From contig NC_042999.1 of NCBI RefSeq assembly GCF_006345805.1, positions 119,288,001-119,352,000 on the forward strand: a stretch of 64,000 nt of DNA, given 5' to 3'. The notes under the pieces are model-generated. The model worked only from the letters and a program-made list of their open reading frames with translations. It was not told the DNA's origin and did no database searches. The DNA is from Octopus sinensis. Its lineage: Eukaryota. Numbering within the stretch: the first letter of the stretch is position 1; every line of letters starts with the position of its first letter. Shown here piece by piece: positions 35,432 through 47,580 of this stretch. The translations under genes and the position numbers were made by a program.

Positions 35432-35875
35432 TAAGGAGAGCACAGGTCAGGAGGGTAGGTCACCTTGTTCAAATGCCTGCCACATGACCCTCCAAAAGAC
35501 TGTTTACATAAACTGGCAGAAGGAATGTGCACACAAGGTGGACAGAAACAGCATTTAAAGGATACACATAAAGTCTCACTGAAGTGCTTTGAGATCAACC
35601 TGGACACCTGAGAAATGCAAGCACAGGACCAACCTACCAGGCAAAGCTTCACCAACAGAGGTGCCACTTCCTACAAACAGAACAGGATTGCAGGAGCACA
35701 AAGAAAACCTGAACTGTGCAAGTCCAAAATCAATTCTTTGCTTTCAATCTCAGTAGTCCACCAGTGTCTGACCTGCAGTAGAGCCGTCCAAGCACACATC
35801 AGGTTGATTGGCCACATCTGGGCATGCCATGATAGACCTTCTTCTCCTATGTGATGTCCTTGTTGATGACAAATA
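35432..35875 (+). mobile_element. BovB-like RTE LINE 3' relic
   Basis: VGHLVQMPA..SKRLFT*LAEGMCTQGGQKQHLKDTHKVSLKCFEINLDT*EMQAQDQPTRQSFTNRGATSYKQNRIAGAQRK...HQCLTCSRAVQAHIRLIGH. Confidence 0.85.
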
Positions 35876-35880
35876 AACAA

Positions 35881-35916
<36 letters not shown>

Positions 35917-36779
35917 GTATGCATATATGTTTGTATGTAATTATTTGTGTATACATATTCACACACGCATAGACATGCATAAACACACAGTCACATGCAC
36001 ACATGCAGACACTTATATTATATAATGAGAATAGTGTCGTTAGAATTCCATACTGGAAAACCAAATCTTTGTAAAGTTACATTGTTTCAAATAGCATGCA
36101 ACAAAGAAAAAATATATAATCTAAATTCCATGATTTTTGAAACTATGTACTAATTTTTACATGTTTATCATTGAAATTTGTTTATAGTTCTAAAACAAGC
36201 AGATTTTATGCCCTATAAATTGGACTGTTGATTTTTATAATGTTTGAATATATTTCAAGTGTTATTAAAATCAGCAGTCCAACTCATAAAACATAAAACC
36301 TAAGTATTTCAGAAACATAAACAAATTTAAATATGAAACAGCGAAAGAATAAATTATTTTCTAGTTTCCATGGTATTAGAAATTATGTTCTCATATTCTG
36401 AAGTTGTGATTTTTTAAATGAGGAATTTTAATGACAGCATGCCAATGCATACTAGTAATATATTTCGTATGAAATATAATTGTCTTCCATTATTGTTACA
36501 AATACTACTAACACACTTCATGTTTATATAAATTAATATAAACATATACAAATTTAAATGCAAAACTATGAAAGAATAAATAATTTTCTATCCATAGTAT
36601 TTGAAAGCATATACCAACTTTATGAGAATATGGTATTTCATTAACATAGTTAAATCTCAGACAGTTTCTGCATTATCTTCATGGTTGTACTTCAGAACCT
36701 AAAAACTGTAGCTCAATATGTCAGTGCAACATAGTGTAAAATTTGCCTAATATACTCTTTGGATCTGTACCTTGAAAGA

Positions 36780-38575
36780 GACTGCAGTCTCACATTCTCC
36801 CAGCATGATGTGGAGCCTCTTTACTAGCGTTTTTGTACCTGTTCACCATCCAGTTCTTCAGATACTATAGCAATATCACTAGGGCTGCATATCAGAACAC
36901 TTACTATATCAAGCACAACAAAGTGAAAAAATCCACATCTAGACTTTATTTCTGCCACATACCACTGATCCTCATTGAAAATGCTGAACAATCCATGGCT
37001 GGAAAATATCTTAAGCAAAGTGGACAACCAACTCTAATACACGAACTTCAAGTACAACCTTCAGTCAAGTGAATTACATGTAACCAGGTATGGTATTCAA
37101 AAGCTGAAACAGCATCTCCATCAAAATTAATTATTCTTGGTATCAGATGAAAAATAAACAAGGCTTAGACAAGGATCAAACCATAGGTGGCATCCAATTC
37201 AAGAAGTATTGTTTCTTTTCATGTTTCTGGTGGAATAGGCAAAATGTTTTTAGTCAATCAAGTTTTTGCAAAAGTTTGTTCACTCAAACTGATTGCTATT
37301 GCGGTGGCCTCATCAGGAATTAAAACAACTTTGTTCACAGGGGAGTGCAATAGCTTATTCTTATTTTATGCTGCCACTTAACCTAGCAGAAAATAACTTG
37401 TGGCATATGATGGTTGTTTTATGAGTGTACTGCCACACTTAATGCCACCAAATTTCAAGCAGGGTTATAACAAAAGTTTTCAATAGGTAAGGCTAATATT
37501 TATAAGGAGTTTGCCATTTTCAATGGGTGTACAGCACACACCTAGCACATCCGGAATATACACCCCTGTCAATAACAGCTTGTTTTCAATACTATCAAAG
37601 AATCTGAACAGATAAAAGTTCAGAAGCAGGTTAAGCTGAAAATATAACATGAATGCACAATGTCTGAAAGACTTACAACTAATATTACCAATTGCCTGTA
37701 AGGGATCTCAGAGGCAACATTAATATCATGGGTGGAGTCACAGTATGGCTCTTTGATGATTTCAGGCAATCTCAGCCAGTCATCTTAATGAATACACTTG
37801 CTGATGAATTAAGAGCATACTTCAAAGAAACCTGTCATTGGCAACTAGAGAGAAAACTTCATCTTTATGCTAACATGAGATTTCACCTAATAGAGATGAC
37901 CCAGCAGCCCAGTTTGTGATATTTTACTTCTGTTGATGGCAATTGTCAACTATCAGTTGATAATGAAAATAGGAACATGCCAATACCCCAAAATTGTGGA
38001 AAAGTCATCTCATATCTTAAGAGATGTTACTGAGAGCTTATCTTAGTCTCTCATAGAATTACAGAAACTATAAACAGCTTCATGAACATGAATCCCAACT
38101 CCTCAAAATGACATTATGCAGGATATTTATGCTACTATCAGTTAACAGGCACTAATCCAATCCAGATGGTATGAACCAGTTCACACTAAAATTGGAAAAT
38201 ATGATGGTACCAGATAGTCAACAGTTTCCCAGTACCCTTCATTCCATTGGTGTTCTTCCTCAAAATCTACAACTAAATATACGAGCGCATATTATGTTGC
38301 TGTGAAAAGCCACTTTTATGACTGGTTGTGCCAACGAAGAGAATGTGTTCATTCCTAGAGTTTGGTTTTTAATGGTACTGTCTTTTTCTGTGACCATCAA
38401 TAAATCTTATGGACAATCACTCAGCATTTCTAGATTTGAACAGATAAGTTTCTTTCATGATCGTCTCTATGTTGCATATTCACATGTTGGGCCCAAGAGA
38501 CATCCTTTCATCAGAATACCAAACTACAAAATATAAAAAAATGCTGTCTACTCCAGAGCTCTTGCTGAAAAATAT
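36780..38575 (+). mobile_element. Degraded Helitron PIF1-like helicase region
   Basis: PLILIENAEQSMAGKYL; GGIGKMFLVN..IAVASSGI (Walker A GGTGKT); RDLRGN..MGGVTV..DDFRQSQPVI..ADE..; NMR; GVLPQNLQLNI..IMLL; FSVTINKSYGQSL..HDRLYVAYSHVG; many stops and frameshifts. Confidence 0.9.
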
Positions 38576-38924
38576 AAAAAAAAACAGAACATATTTCTTT
38601 TAAATTCACTTCTATTTTATGTGTTATATATCAATATAGAATTGCAAAAAAATATATAAAGTGAAACATAAAGATAATGTTTGTTTTCTTAAGTAATAAA
38701 CTTAAAGTTATCAATAAACAGTCTCAAAAAATACTCACATCATAGAAGTCTATCTTTAGATATGTATTTACATAACAATAAAGCTATATAGAAATGTAAT
38801 TATATACAAAATAAACAATGTAAAAACTGGCTATAAGTTACATAAGCTTAAAAATGTATCTCTGCTTGTAGTAATGTAGATATGTGAGTGTAAATACACA
38901 CACACACATATGTAATTTTTATAT

Positions 38925-39380
38925 ACATAGGGGCAGTGTGGCTGTGTGGTAGGTAAGATGTTTACTTCCCAACCGCATGGTTCTCAGTTCAGTTCCACTG
39001 CATGCCACCTTGGGCAAGAGTCTTCTACTATAGCCTTGGGTTGATCAAATGCTTGTGAGTATATTTGGTAGATGGAAACTGAAAGAAGCATTTCATATAT
39101 GTGCATGTTTGTGAGTGTGTGTGTGTGCATTTGTGTGCACATACGCATGCTCACCTGTGCATGTGTGAGTATTTGTGTGCATGTGTGTGTGTGTCCTTGT
39201 TCCCTACAACTGCTTCACAGTTAGTGTTGGTGTGTTTCCCCCCCCCCCCCCGATAACTTAGCAATTCAGCAAAAGAGATTGATAGAATAAATACCAGGCT
39301 TAAAAAAGTAAGTACTCATTTGAGTAAAAATTCCCCAAGCATGGTCACAGTCTGGTGATTAAAATAAGAAAAAATAAAAG
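38925..39380 (+). mobile_element. SINE family 2 copy
   Basis: ggctgtgtggtaggtaagatg...gccaccttgggcaagagtcttctactatagcc...gcaaaagagattgatagaataaataccagg. Confidence 0.8.
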
Positions 39381-39650
39381 ATATACATATACAGGTAGAG
39401 GATTGGCTGTGGTAAGTAGTTTGCTTACCAACCACATGGTTCTAGATTCAGTCTCACTGCGTGGCATCTTGAGCAAGTGTCTTCCACTATAGCTTCAAGC
39501 TGACTAACATCTTGTGAGTGGATTTGGTAGACAGAAACTGGAATAAGCCCATCGTATATATAACAAAGTAAGGTTGCAAGGTACTGCATGAGTGAAAATA
39601 TATATGAAAGAAGGTTTGAAAATGCAAAGGTCTTTTAGAGATGTTTATTG

Positions 39651-39692
39651 ACTTGACTGGTTTCACTGTTTTTGAAAAAGATTGTCAAAAGT
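39651..39692 (-). ncRNA. Minimal hammerhead-like motif, U3-A8 core (family B, left arm)
   Basis: ACTT TTGACAA tctttttcaaaaacagt GAAA C-ca-G TC AAGT. Confidence 0.55.
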
Positions 39693-39933
39693 AAAATGTA
39701 AAGCTTTGTATAAGCTTTGTTGTGTTAAAAGATGGTTAGCACTTAAGTATATATATACTAACACACAGACATGATTTTTATTGAACTCAAAATACTTATT
39801 GTATTACCTTTCTTGAACACTTTCATGTAAACTGTTTTTAGTATTTTCTTATCATTATCAAAGATTGCATAACTGTATTTTAATACTTTTGTGATAACCA
39901 TTTTTTAACACAACAAAGCTTATATAAAGCTTT

Positions 39934-39976
39934 ACTTTTGATAATCTTTTTCTAGAAAGCGTGAAACAGGTCAAGT
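39934..39976 (+). ncRNA. Minimal hammerhead-like motif, U3-A8 core (family B, right arm)
   Basis: ACTT TTGATAA tctttttctagaaagcgt GAAA C-ag-G TC AAGT; perfect 4-bp stem I, GUC triplet. Confidence 0.55.
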
Positions 39977-40017
39977 CAATAAACATCTCTAAAAGACCTT
40001 TGCATTTTCAAACCTTC

Positions 40018-40066
<49 letters not shown>

Positions 40067-41317
40067 ATATATGTATGTGTGTATGTTTGTTTGCCCACCA
40101 CCACCATCACTTAACAACTGATGGTGGTGTGTTTACGTCCCTATAACCTAGAGGTTTGGTAAAAGAGATTGGTAGAATAAGTACTAGGCTTGCAAAGAAT
40201 AAGTCCTGGAGTTGATTTGCTTGACTAAAGGTGGCACTCCAGCATGGCTGCAGTCAAATGATTGAAACAAATAAAAGAATATGTGTATACACACACATAC
40301 ACACATATATATGCATACATACATATATATATATGTGATGATGATGAAATGGAATGATGCAAAGTGGTTCCAAGGTATTGTGTCTTGCATATACAAAAAA
40401 CAAAGACATTGGTCAGCAACATGCAACCCTGGAATAGGCCAGCAAGCATGGTAAAATGAGCAGCAAAAGCATAAAAGAATTAAAAACTAGCAGTAATGAT
40501 GGAGACTGGGGGTTTCTATGTGTAGGTCGGTAGCTCATTAGTCCCAGCTAAGTCTACATCTGTTACCTCCTTTCTACCTCATAATAACCTTTCAGCTTCT
40601 TTCATTCATACCCCTCTCTCTCTGTCTCTATCTGTCTGTCTTATGTCTGTCTCCCTCTCTCTCTCTCTCACACACATTTTTTTCTTTCTCTCATATCTAC
40701 TGTGCTGCAAGTGTAACTAAGGTTGACACACCCTCCACCTCTACTAATATTTCATCCCTTCACTATGCTTCTACCATCATACTCTGGCACACTTCCTACC
40801 AGTCACACTGTTTTCCTCATCATACTTTAAACCCTAAGGACACATGCCATCTCTTCCTTTGTCATCACTCTCCATACAATTCATCTTAACCTTGAGTGAA
40901 CTGGCAGATCATAAAGTAATGAAGACTTTGTTATCAAATACTTGTATCTCATAACACTCTGCAGTCTTAGAGAGTACAAAGCAACCTCACTAGTGCTGGT
41001 GCCATAATAACATGCACTGAGTATACCCTACAAAATGCTCAGCAATTGTGTGAAGATGATGTAGAATTGAAAGAATGCTTTAGTTTTGTCACAGACAAAA
41101 TGCTGGTGCCTTGATAAATTGCATACTGTATACTCTGTAAAATGGTTGGTGATGGATGTGAATCCAGCCATAGAAAAGAAACCAAAATAAGAAGTATGAG
41201 TGAGGGCACAAGTTCTGAATCGGAATTGGTTTTACTGTAATGTTCACCCAACCAAAACTGTCAATTAGATGCAAGCAACAAGGAAAATAAGTATAATTCT
41301 ATATATATTCTTTTCTA

Positions 41318-41500
41318 CTCTAGGCACAAGGCCTGAAATTTTTAGGGAGGGGGTCAGTCGATTAGATCGAACACAGTATGCAACTGGTGCTTAATTTATC
41401 AACCCCTAAAGGATGAAAGGCAAAGTCGACCTTGGTGGAATTTCAACTCAGAATGTAAAGACAGACGAAATACCCCTAAGCATTTTGCCTAGCATGCTAA
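41318..41500 (-). mobile_element. SINE family 1 copy (variant B-like end)
   Basis: ctaggcacaaggcctgaaatttt...ggatgaaaggcaaagtcgacc...gacgaaatacccctaagcattttgcc. Confidence 0.85.
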
Positions 41501-41978
41501 TCTAAGATCAAATGACAAATTTTTAATACTTGTGCCATGAAACTCCATACAGATGTAAATATAGAATGCTGTGGTATTCCATTCACACTTAGTAAAGTAA
41601 AGGAGATTGCCCTGATATGTTTCTAATACATGCTGTGTTCATAAATATTTATCAATTACTTAATTCCACCAAAGATGAATGTACAATATCAAAATTAGTC
41701 AAGTATTTAAGTTCTGGCTTAGCATTTTGCCTGGCATGCTCATCTAAGATCAAATATTAAAATGTTAAATGACAATTTTTAAATATTTGTACTATGAAAC
41801 TCCATACAGATGTAGATACAGAATGCTGTGGTGTTCCATTATCACTTAGTAAAATAAAGGAGATTGCCCTGATATGTTTCTAATACATGCTGTGTTCATA
41901 AATATTTATCAATTACTTAATCCCACCAAAGATGAATGTACAATATCAAAATTAGTCAAGCATTTAAGTTCTGGCTTA
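41479..41978 (+). repeat. Tandem duplication of about 245-257 bp
   Basis: gcattttgcct.gcatgct.atctaagatcaaat...tttaagttctggctta occurs twice (41479-41721, 41722-41978) with high identity. Confidence 0.9.
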
Positions 41979-42119
41979 TGTCTGATTTAAATAGTGTTTT
42001 GCTGTAAGTTCTCTTCCTGGACAAAAGTATGAGGGGGTACGTATCTGCTGATGAGTAGTCAGCAAAATGTAAAACTGTTAGGAAAATCATCTATATATTG
42101 TTCAGTGTGCAGAGAGAGA

Positions 42120-42520
42120 ATAACAGGCTGAAAGTTGTAAGAAGCTTACTTCCCTGTCACATAGTTCTGGTTTCATTCCAACAGTGTGTCACCTTGGAAA
42201 GGGTCTTCTAATATAGCCTCAGATTAACTGAAGCCCTGTGAGTGGATTCAGTTGATGGAAGCTGAAAGAAGCTCATCATATATAAAAGTGTATGTGTGTG
42301 TGCCTTTGTATCTGTATTTGTCTCCTACTACCGCTTGGCAACCAGTGTTGGTGTGTTTACACTACCATAACTTAGTGGTTCAGCAAAAGAGATAGATAGA
42401 ATGAGTACCAGGCTTTAAAAAAAATAAGTACCAGGGTCAATTCATTTGACTAGAAATTTTTCAAGTTAGTGCCCCAGCATGGCTATAATCTAATATCTGA
42501 AAGAAGTAACCAATAAAAGA
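42120..42520 (+). mobile_element. SINE family 2 copy
   Basis: gtaagaagcttacttccc...accttggaaagggtcttctaatatagcc...cagcaaaagagatagatagaatgagtaccagg...gccccagcatgg. Confidence 0.8.
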
Positions 42521-43115
42521 TATGAAATTGAAATCCAAAACCTATGGATAGGGTGTAACTTCATAGTTGTTATTTCCTACAAATGAAGCATCTACATGGT
42601 TTGATTTGTAAGAAATAGCAACCAGATTTCATTTAAATCATAGTCCACCATCTTAGGGATGTTAGAAAAATGAAACATTAGATAATGAAGTTCTGGATTC
42701 CTGTTTAAAGAATAAAAGATGGTCTGGCTATGTATGAAGTACTTTTAATCATCATGGGTCTGTTCTATCAGAGTTGAAGAGAGACTAAGCAACAACAACA
42801 ACAAACGCAACAACAATAACAAAAGCAGCAGCAACAATAACAACAACAACAACAATAACAGCAACAATATGCACACATGTATTAAGACTCTCTTATCACT
42901 AATGAATGTGTTATTGGATTTACTTGTATCTCATACATAGCAGAAATGATATGTTAATTTCCCTCTAGACATTCTTGCAGCTTGAGTTAAAAACAGTTTT
43001 TATTTCATATAGAATATCAAGAAAACATCATGAAATATATGTATATATCTATATATATAACTATATGAATTTGTGTGATTGTGTATGTATATGTGTGTGT
43101 ATAATATATACATGC

Positions 43116-43160
<45 letters not shown>

Positions 43161-43232
43161 TGAATATATATATATATATATATATTTATGAAAATGTGTG
43201 ATTGTGTACGTGTGTTTATAATATATGCATGC

Positions 43233-43300
<68 letters not shown>

Positions 43301-43332
43301 GAACGAATATGTGTGTTTATAATATATGCATG

Positions 43333-43369
<37 letters not shown>

Positions 43370-44289
43370 CATACACATATACATGCATATATATTACATA
43401 CAAACATGCATACAAACACACAACACATATACGTAGGCATGCACACACACAGAGACACACCACACACACACACATACATACATACATACATACATACATA
43501 CATACAGATATCTGAATATTGATACAGATACATTGATATATGTCATAGCACATAATCAAGCTGTAGTAGACTAACAAAACAGTAACATTTACTGAAAGTA
43601 AAATGAACTATTATGTTTGAATATCCTTGCATTCCAAAATGTATTTTGCTGTTAAACTAATTGCATTCATTTTACCACTATAATTATGCAATTCTATATT
43701 TTATTGTTCCTCATCAGTAAGTTTTCACTTACAAACTAAAAGGATGGTAGAGTATGCAGATGTTAACAATAAGATATTGTAAATTAATCATTTTGATATC
43801 AAGTCACCCGAGACCACCTTTGGTTATATGATACAGAAGCCACTCATTTTAAAGTGTTCATATTTAAATTAAAACCTTCCTTTGCAGTTTTATGTTGGTG
43901 CCTTTAATTATGTTGTGGTCCTGACTACAGCTTAATAAATGTTTGCTATGTTTTCTTAATTTCATCACATTTTTGATTACTATTAAAATAAAGTGAAAAT
44001 TATAAGCCTGTTGTGTTTGTATACATATATAAATACAAACATAAATGCATACATACATACATGTGTGTGTGTGTGTGTGTGTGTAGACATATATGTATAT
44101 ATAGGCTGCATAGTTATGAAGTTTACTTGTTGTTTCAGGTTCAATCCACAGCATGGCACTTTGGACAAGTGTCTTCCATGCCTAGAATTTCCTCTCTGAT
44201 TCCACTTTGAGATCATCCACATAAAAGATTTTTTTTTTTATGGAGAGCCAATCTTAAATTCTTGAACCCCCCATTGTGATTGCCAGCAG

Positions 44290-45420
44290 GTCTAAATGAA
44301 TTGTTGAGAGCTGAGCATTGAACCTTGATGGACACCTACTATCACAGCACATTTATTTACACTTTACTAATTGCTTCTTTTTACATAGTTTGCACAGCTA
44401 TTCGTCTAAAACTAGTTTCTTAGTAACCTTTAAAGTGCTGAACATGGTATCCTAGTCAAGGTTGGCCTGAAGCCAATAAATGTCAGGATAGTGGTTCATT
44501 CTTAACTAAGTTTTTCTTCTGCATTTGTCACACTGAGAAGTTTACCTCTCAAGTACCACTGCTAGACATGAAGTGAAGCTGCATCCCATTTGGATTTACT
44601 CTGTTATGGATCAATAGTCTCTTGATTCTCTCAGTCCATGACTTTCATAACCTGATTTAACAGTTCAATGCCTTTATAATTTTCCCTCTCTCAAATGAAT
44701 TTTATCTGATCTTGTAACAGTCTGCAATGATGCTATTACACTAATTATTGGATAACAATATGGCCGTTGCCAGCGCCACCTGGCTGTTGCCAGCGCCGCC
44801 TGGCCATTGCCAGCGCCACCTGGCCATTGCCAGCGCCGCCTCGACTGGCTTTTGTGCCGGTGGCACATAAAAAGCACCATCCGAACGTGGCCGATGCCAG
44901 CGCCACCTCGACTGGCTTCTGTGCCGGTGGCACATAAAAAGCACCATCCGAACGTGGCCGATGCCAGCGCCGCCTTGGCTGGCTTCCGTGCCAGTGGCAC
45001 GTTAAAAGCACCAACCGATCGTGGCCGATGCCAGACTCCCCTGGAACCTGTGCCGGTGGCACGTAAAAAGCACCCACTACACTCACGGAGTGGTTGGCGT
45101 TAGGAAGGGCATCCAGCTGTAGAAACACTGCCAGATCAGATCGAGCCTGGTGCAGCCCCTGGCTTCCCAGACCCCGGTCGAACTGTCCAACCCATGCTAG
45201 TGTGGAAAATGGACGTTAATCGATGATGATGATGATGATGATTGGATAACAATATATTTTCCTGTATTACTTGATTATTTATCTGGGTGATTATCATATA
45301 ACCTACCTTCATGTCTCTAATTGTGTTATCTACCACATTGCTGTTAACTTGAATTGTCAGTTCCTCAATGAGGTCAAAACGAGGCTACTCCCTCTTTATT
45401 CTATGCATTCTCCTCTTTCA
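44290..45420 (-). mobile_element. Degraded RTE-clade LINE relic, interrupted by a family 3 insertion
   Basis: Minus strand: VDNTIRDMKVG..IITQINNQVIQENI | SVIASL..REGNYKGIELLNQVMKVM. Confidence 0.75.
44762..45240 (+). mobile_element. Young SINE-like family 3 insertion with 15-bp TSD
   Basis: TSD ATTGGATAACAATAT at 44747-44761 and 45241-45255; internal 20-bp and 67-bp tandem units; ggcgttaggaagggcatccagc; (GAT)n tail. Confidence 0.92.
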
Positions 45421-45429
45421 GTAACTTCC

Positions 45430-46190
45430 TCATAATAGCACTTCCTTGCCTACTTTTTGTCATCTATTTCAGCAGCATAAACTTCAGTAAGATATGACAT
45501 CAAATATTTTATCATCAACCTTGTACCATTACTCAGACTCAAATTCAGAGCATCCCAATTTCTTTTAGAAGAATAACTTAGGACCATTTCTTCAGTATGA
45601 GGCTGTTGTGGAATTTAGTAGAGTAGCTTACAGTTTGTGCAGAATTTAAAACTATGTCTATAGACTTGTTGACAGATTCATCTTCATGTAGCTGTTGAAA
45701 AATTAGCTCATTCATCACTTTAACAGTGTTATTCCTTTAGGGAAGTATTGGTTATTTACTGAGATATTTGTGCAGCTGTGATAGTCATATTCAACATTAG
45801 GAATGATTATTATTTTTTATCTCAATTCTTAATTTGCCAATTCACTAATCTCAGTCATAGATATGTTTCTACTTTGATCAGGTACAAGAATTCCTTCTTC
45901 ATGTTCCAAATGTCTTGTAGCAAAATCGGTTGAATGTCGATCTTCATTAAAGTAAGCTCTCATATATGTTTCCAGTTCAAGTTTCTTAAGATGCCTCCTT
46001 AAATTCAACAATTTAAAGCAGTACCAATTTTGATCAGCTCTAGTTCCTGTGGAAACTACAAGAAGTTTTTGATGAAACTCTCTTGGTAAGATTATGATTA
46101 ATCTGTTGAAATGAAAATTTGTTCCCCTGATATTCCTGACAATCCAGTACAAAACCTCAAAAGTAACTTTATGGGACATTGTATGCTTAT
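45430..46190 (-). mobile_element. Second degraded Helitron helicase fragment
   Basis: MSHKVTFEVL..RNIRG..EFHQKL.V..GTRADQ..KKLEL..MRAY..; NKSIDIVL..SY.TKF.NSL; LSNGTRLMIK.LM. Confidence 0.85.
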
Positions 46191-47458
46191 CACATATTGC
46201 TATTTAACACGCTTTTAGCACATGCACACACAGATACAGTTATACTGTATGTCTTGTATCAATATAACATTTTGATCTTTCTCAAACACACACTCACACG
46301 GAACCATAGTATACATATATATATATATATATATATATAATATTTTTATGTGAAGTTAGATCAATAAAGTAAAAAAAAATTGTTTGATGTCTGGTGGCTC
46401 ATTCTCTATCTCACTAGTTCTCTCACTCCCTCTCGCTCTTTTTTTCCTTCTCCCCTCACACCCTTTCTTGCTTTGCCAATCTATCTATATTATTATATGC
46501 ATTTGTCTCACACAGTCTGTCCCAATCTCTGATGTCAGCAATAATTAAATCAGTCTCGAGTGGTTCTCAAATCACCACACACACACACACACACACAATT
46601 CTAAATTATGTAATAGACATAAATGTAAATAGAAAAAACCTTACAGAATAGTGTATTTTCTTAAATATATTTTGTAAAGGTCTAATTGTAAATGATTTTA
46701 TTTACCTACCATTTGCTGAAGTTATGTAGTCCCTGATAAAACTGAGTGAACAGACTTATCATCAAATGCATTATAACTATAACCATCTTGTCTTTTGGAG
46801 TTAGAGAAATCTAGAACAACATTATCTAATGAGTCCTTTCTTTATTCAAGTGAGTAGAGCATGATTTAAAGGTGATTTGTCAACTATTTTCAGTGTTTCG
46901 GAAACATCAATCAGCTTGATAAATTAAATGTGAGAGCATTTTTGATACGTGGTACTAGACATTTTGAAATGTTATGCTTAAAATTTATCTTAAAATTCAT
47001 AATCAATTCAGTACAAATTTACCAAGGCTTCTACTGCAATACCAAGCCATCCTTATTCAGTATAGGTGGCAGATTAAGTCTTCAATAACAAGTCCAGAGA
47101 ATGAATTTATATATATAAATATATAAATATATATACATACATACATACATACATCTGTATGTATGTATGCATGTATGCATGTATGTATGTATGTATGATG
47201 TATGTGTGCGTATGTATGTGTGTGTGCATGTATGTGTGTGTTTATATATAATTAAATTACTTGTAAGGATTCCTTAAGAATCAGGTCACATCAATATGTG
47301 AGACGCCAGGAAACGGGTAGGTACAAACACATAGAGCTCATCGAAGATAAAATACCTTTGTAGAATTCAAGTGCTTGCAGAATACTGTACTAAATACAAT
47401 TTGTAACCATTGATCTGACTCACGAGTGAATCCTTGGTGTGGCATAGGTTGTGTTACC

Positions 47459-47515
<57 letters not shown>

Positions 47516-47540
47516 CTTATAAAGAATATTATTGGCAGTG

Positions 47541-47580
47541 GCTTCAAAGTTTTGGCCATCTAAACCATCGTCAGGCAGTC
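47541..47580 (-). ncRNA. Degenerate minimal hammerhead-like motif next to (TA)n
   Basis: Minus strand: gactgc CTGACGA T GGT-ttagatg-GCC AAAA C ttt G aagcc; canonical CUGACGA, with G12A explicable by CpG decay. Confidence 0.4.

Larger units (their letters stand above)
39598..40028. mobile_element. Inverted-repeat element family B (arms 39598-39742 and 39891-40028)
   Basis: atatatgaaagaaggtttgaaaatgcaaaggtcttttagagatgtttattgacttgac is exactly mirrored at the right end; the arms pair over about 140 bp; embedded in (TA)n. Confidence 0.9.
39392..40280 (+). mobile_element. SINE family 2 copy split by foldback element B (halves 39392-39560 and 40060-40280)
   Basis: The 5' half ends at gcccatcgtatata and the 3' half resumes at tgtttgcccacc...cagtcaaatgattgaaacaaataaaaga. 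Confidence 0.8.

Noticed and set aside
36780-38575. Host PIF1 helicase gene
   Set aside because: No intron structure, many stops and frameshifts, and flanking motifs typical of Helitron RepHel.
42048-42085. CTGATGAG motif
   Set aside because: No stem II pairing and no GAAA/NUH arrangement.
44761-45065. CRISPR-like regularly spaced GC-rich repeats
   Set aside because: The spacers are themselves repeated, there are no cas genes, and the array lies inside a TSD-flanked eukaryotic SINE.
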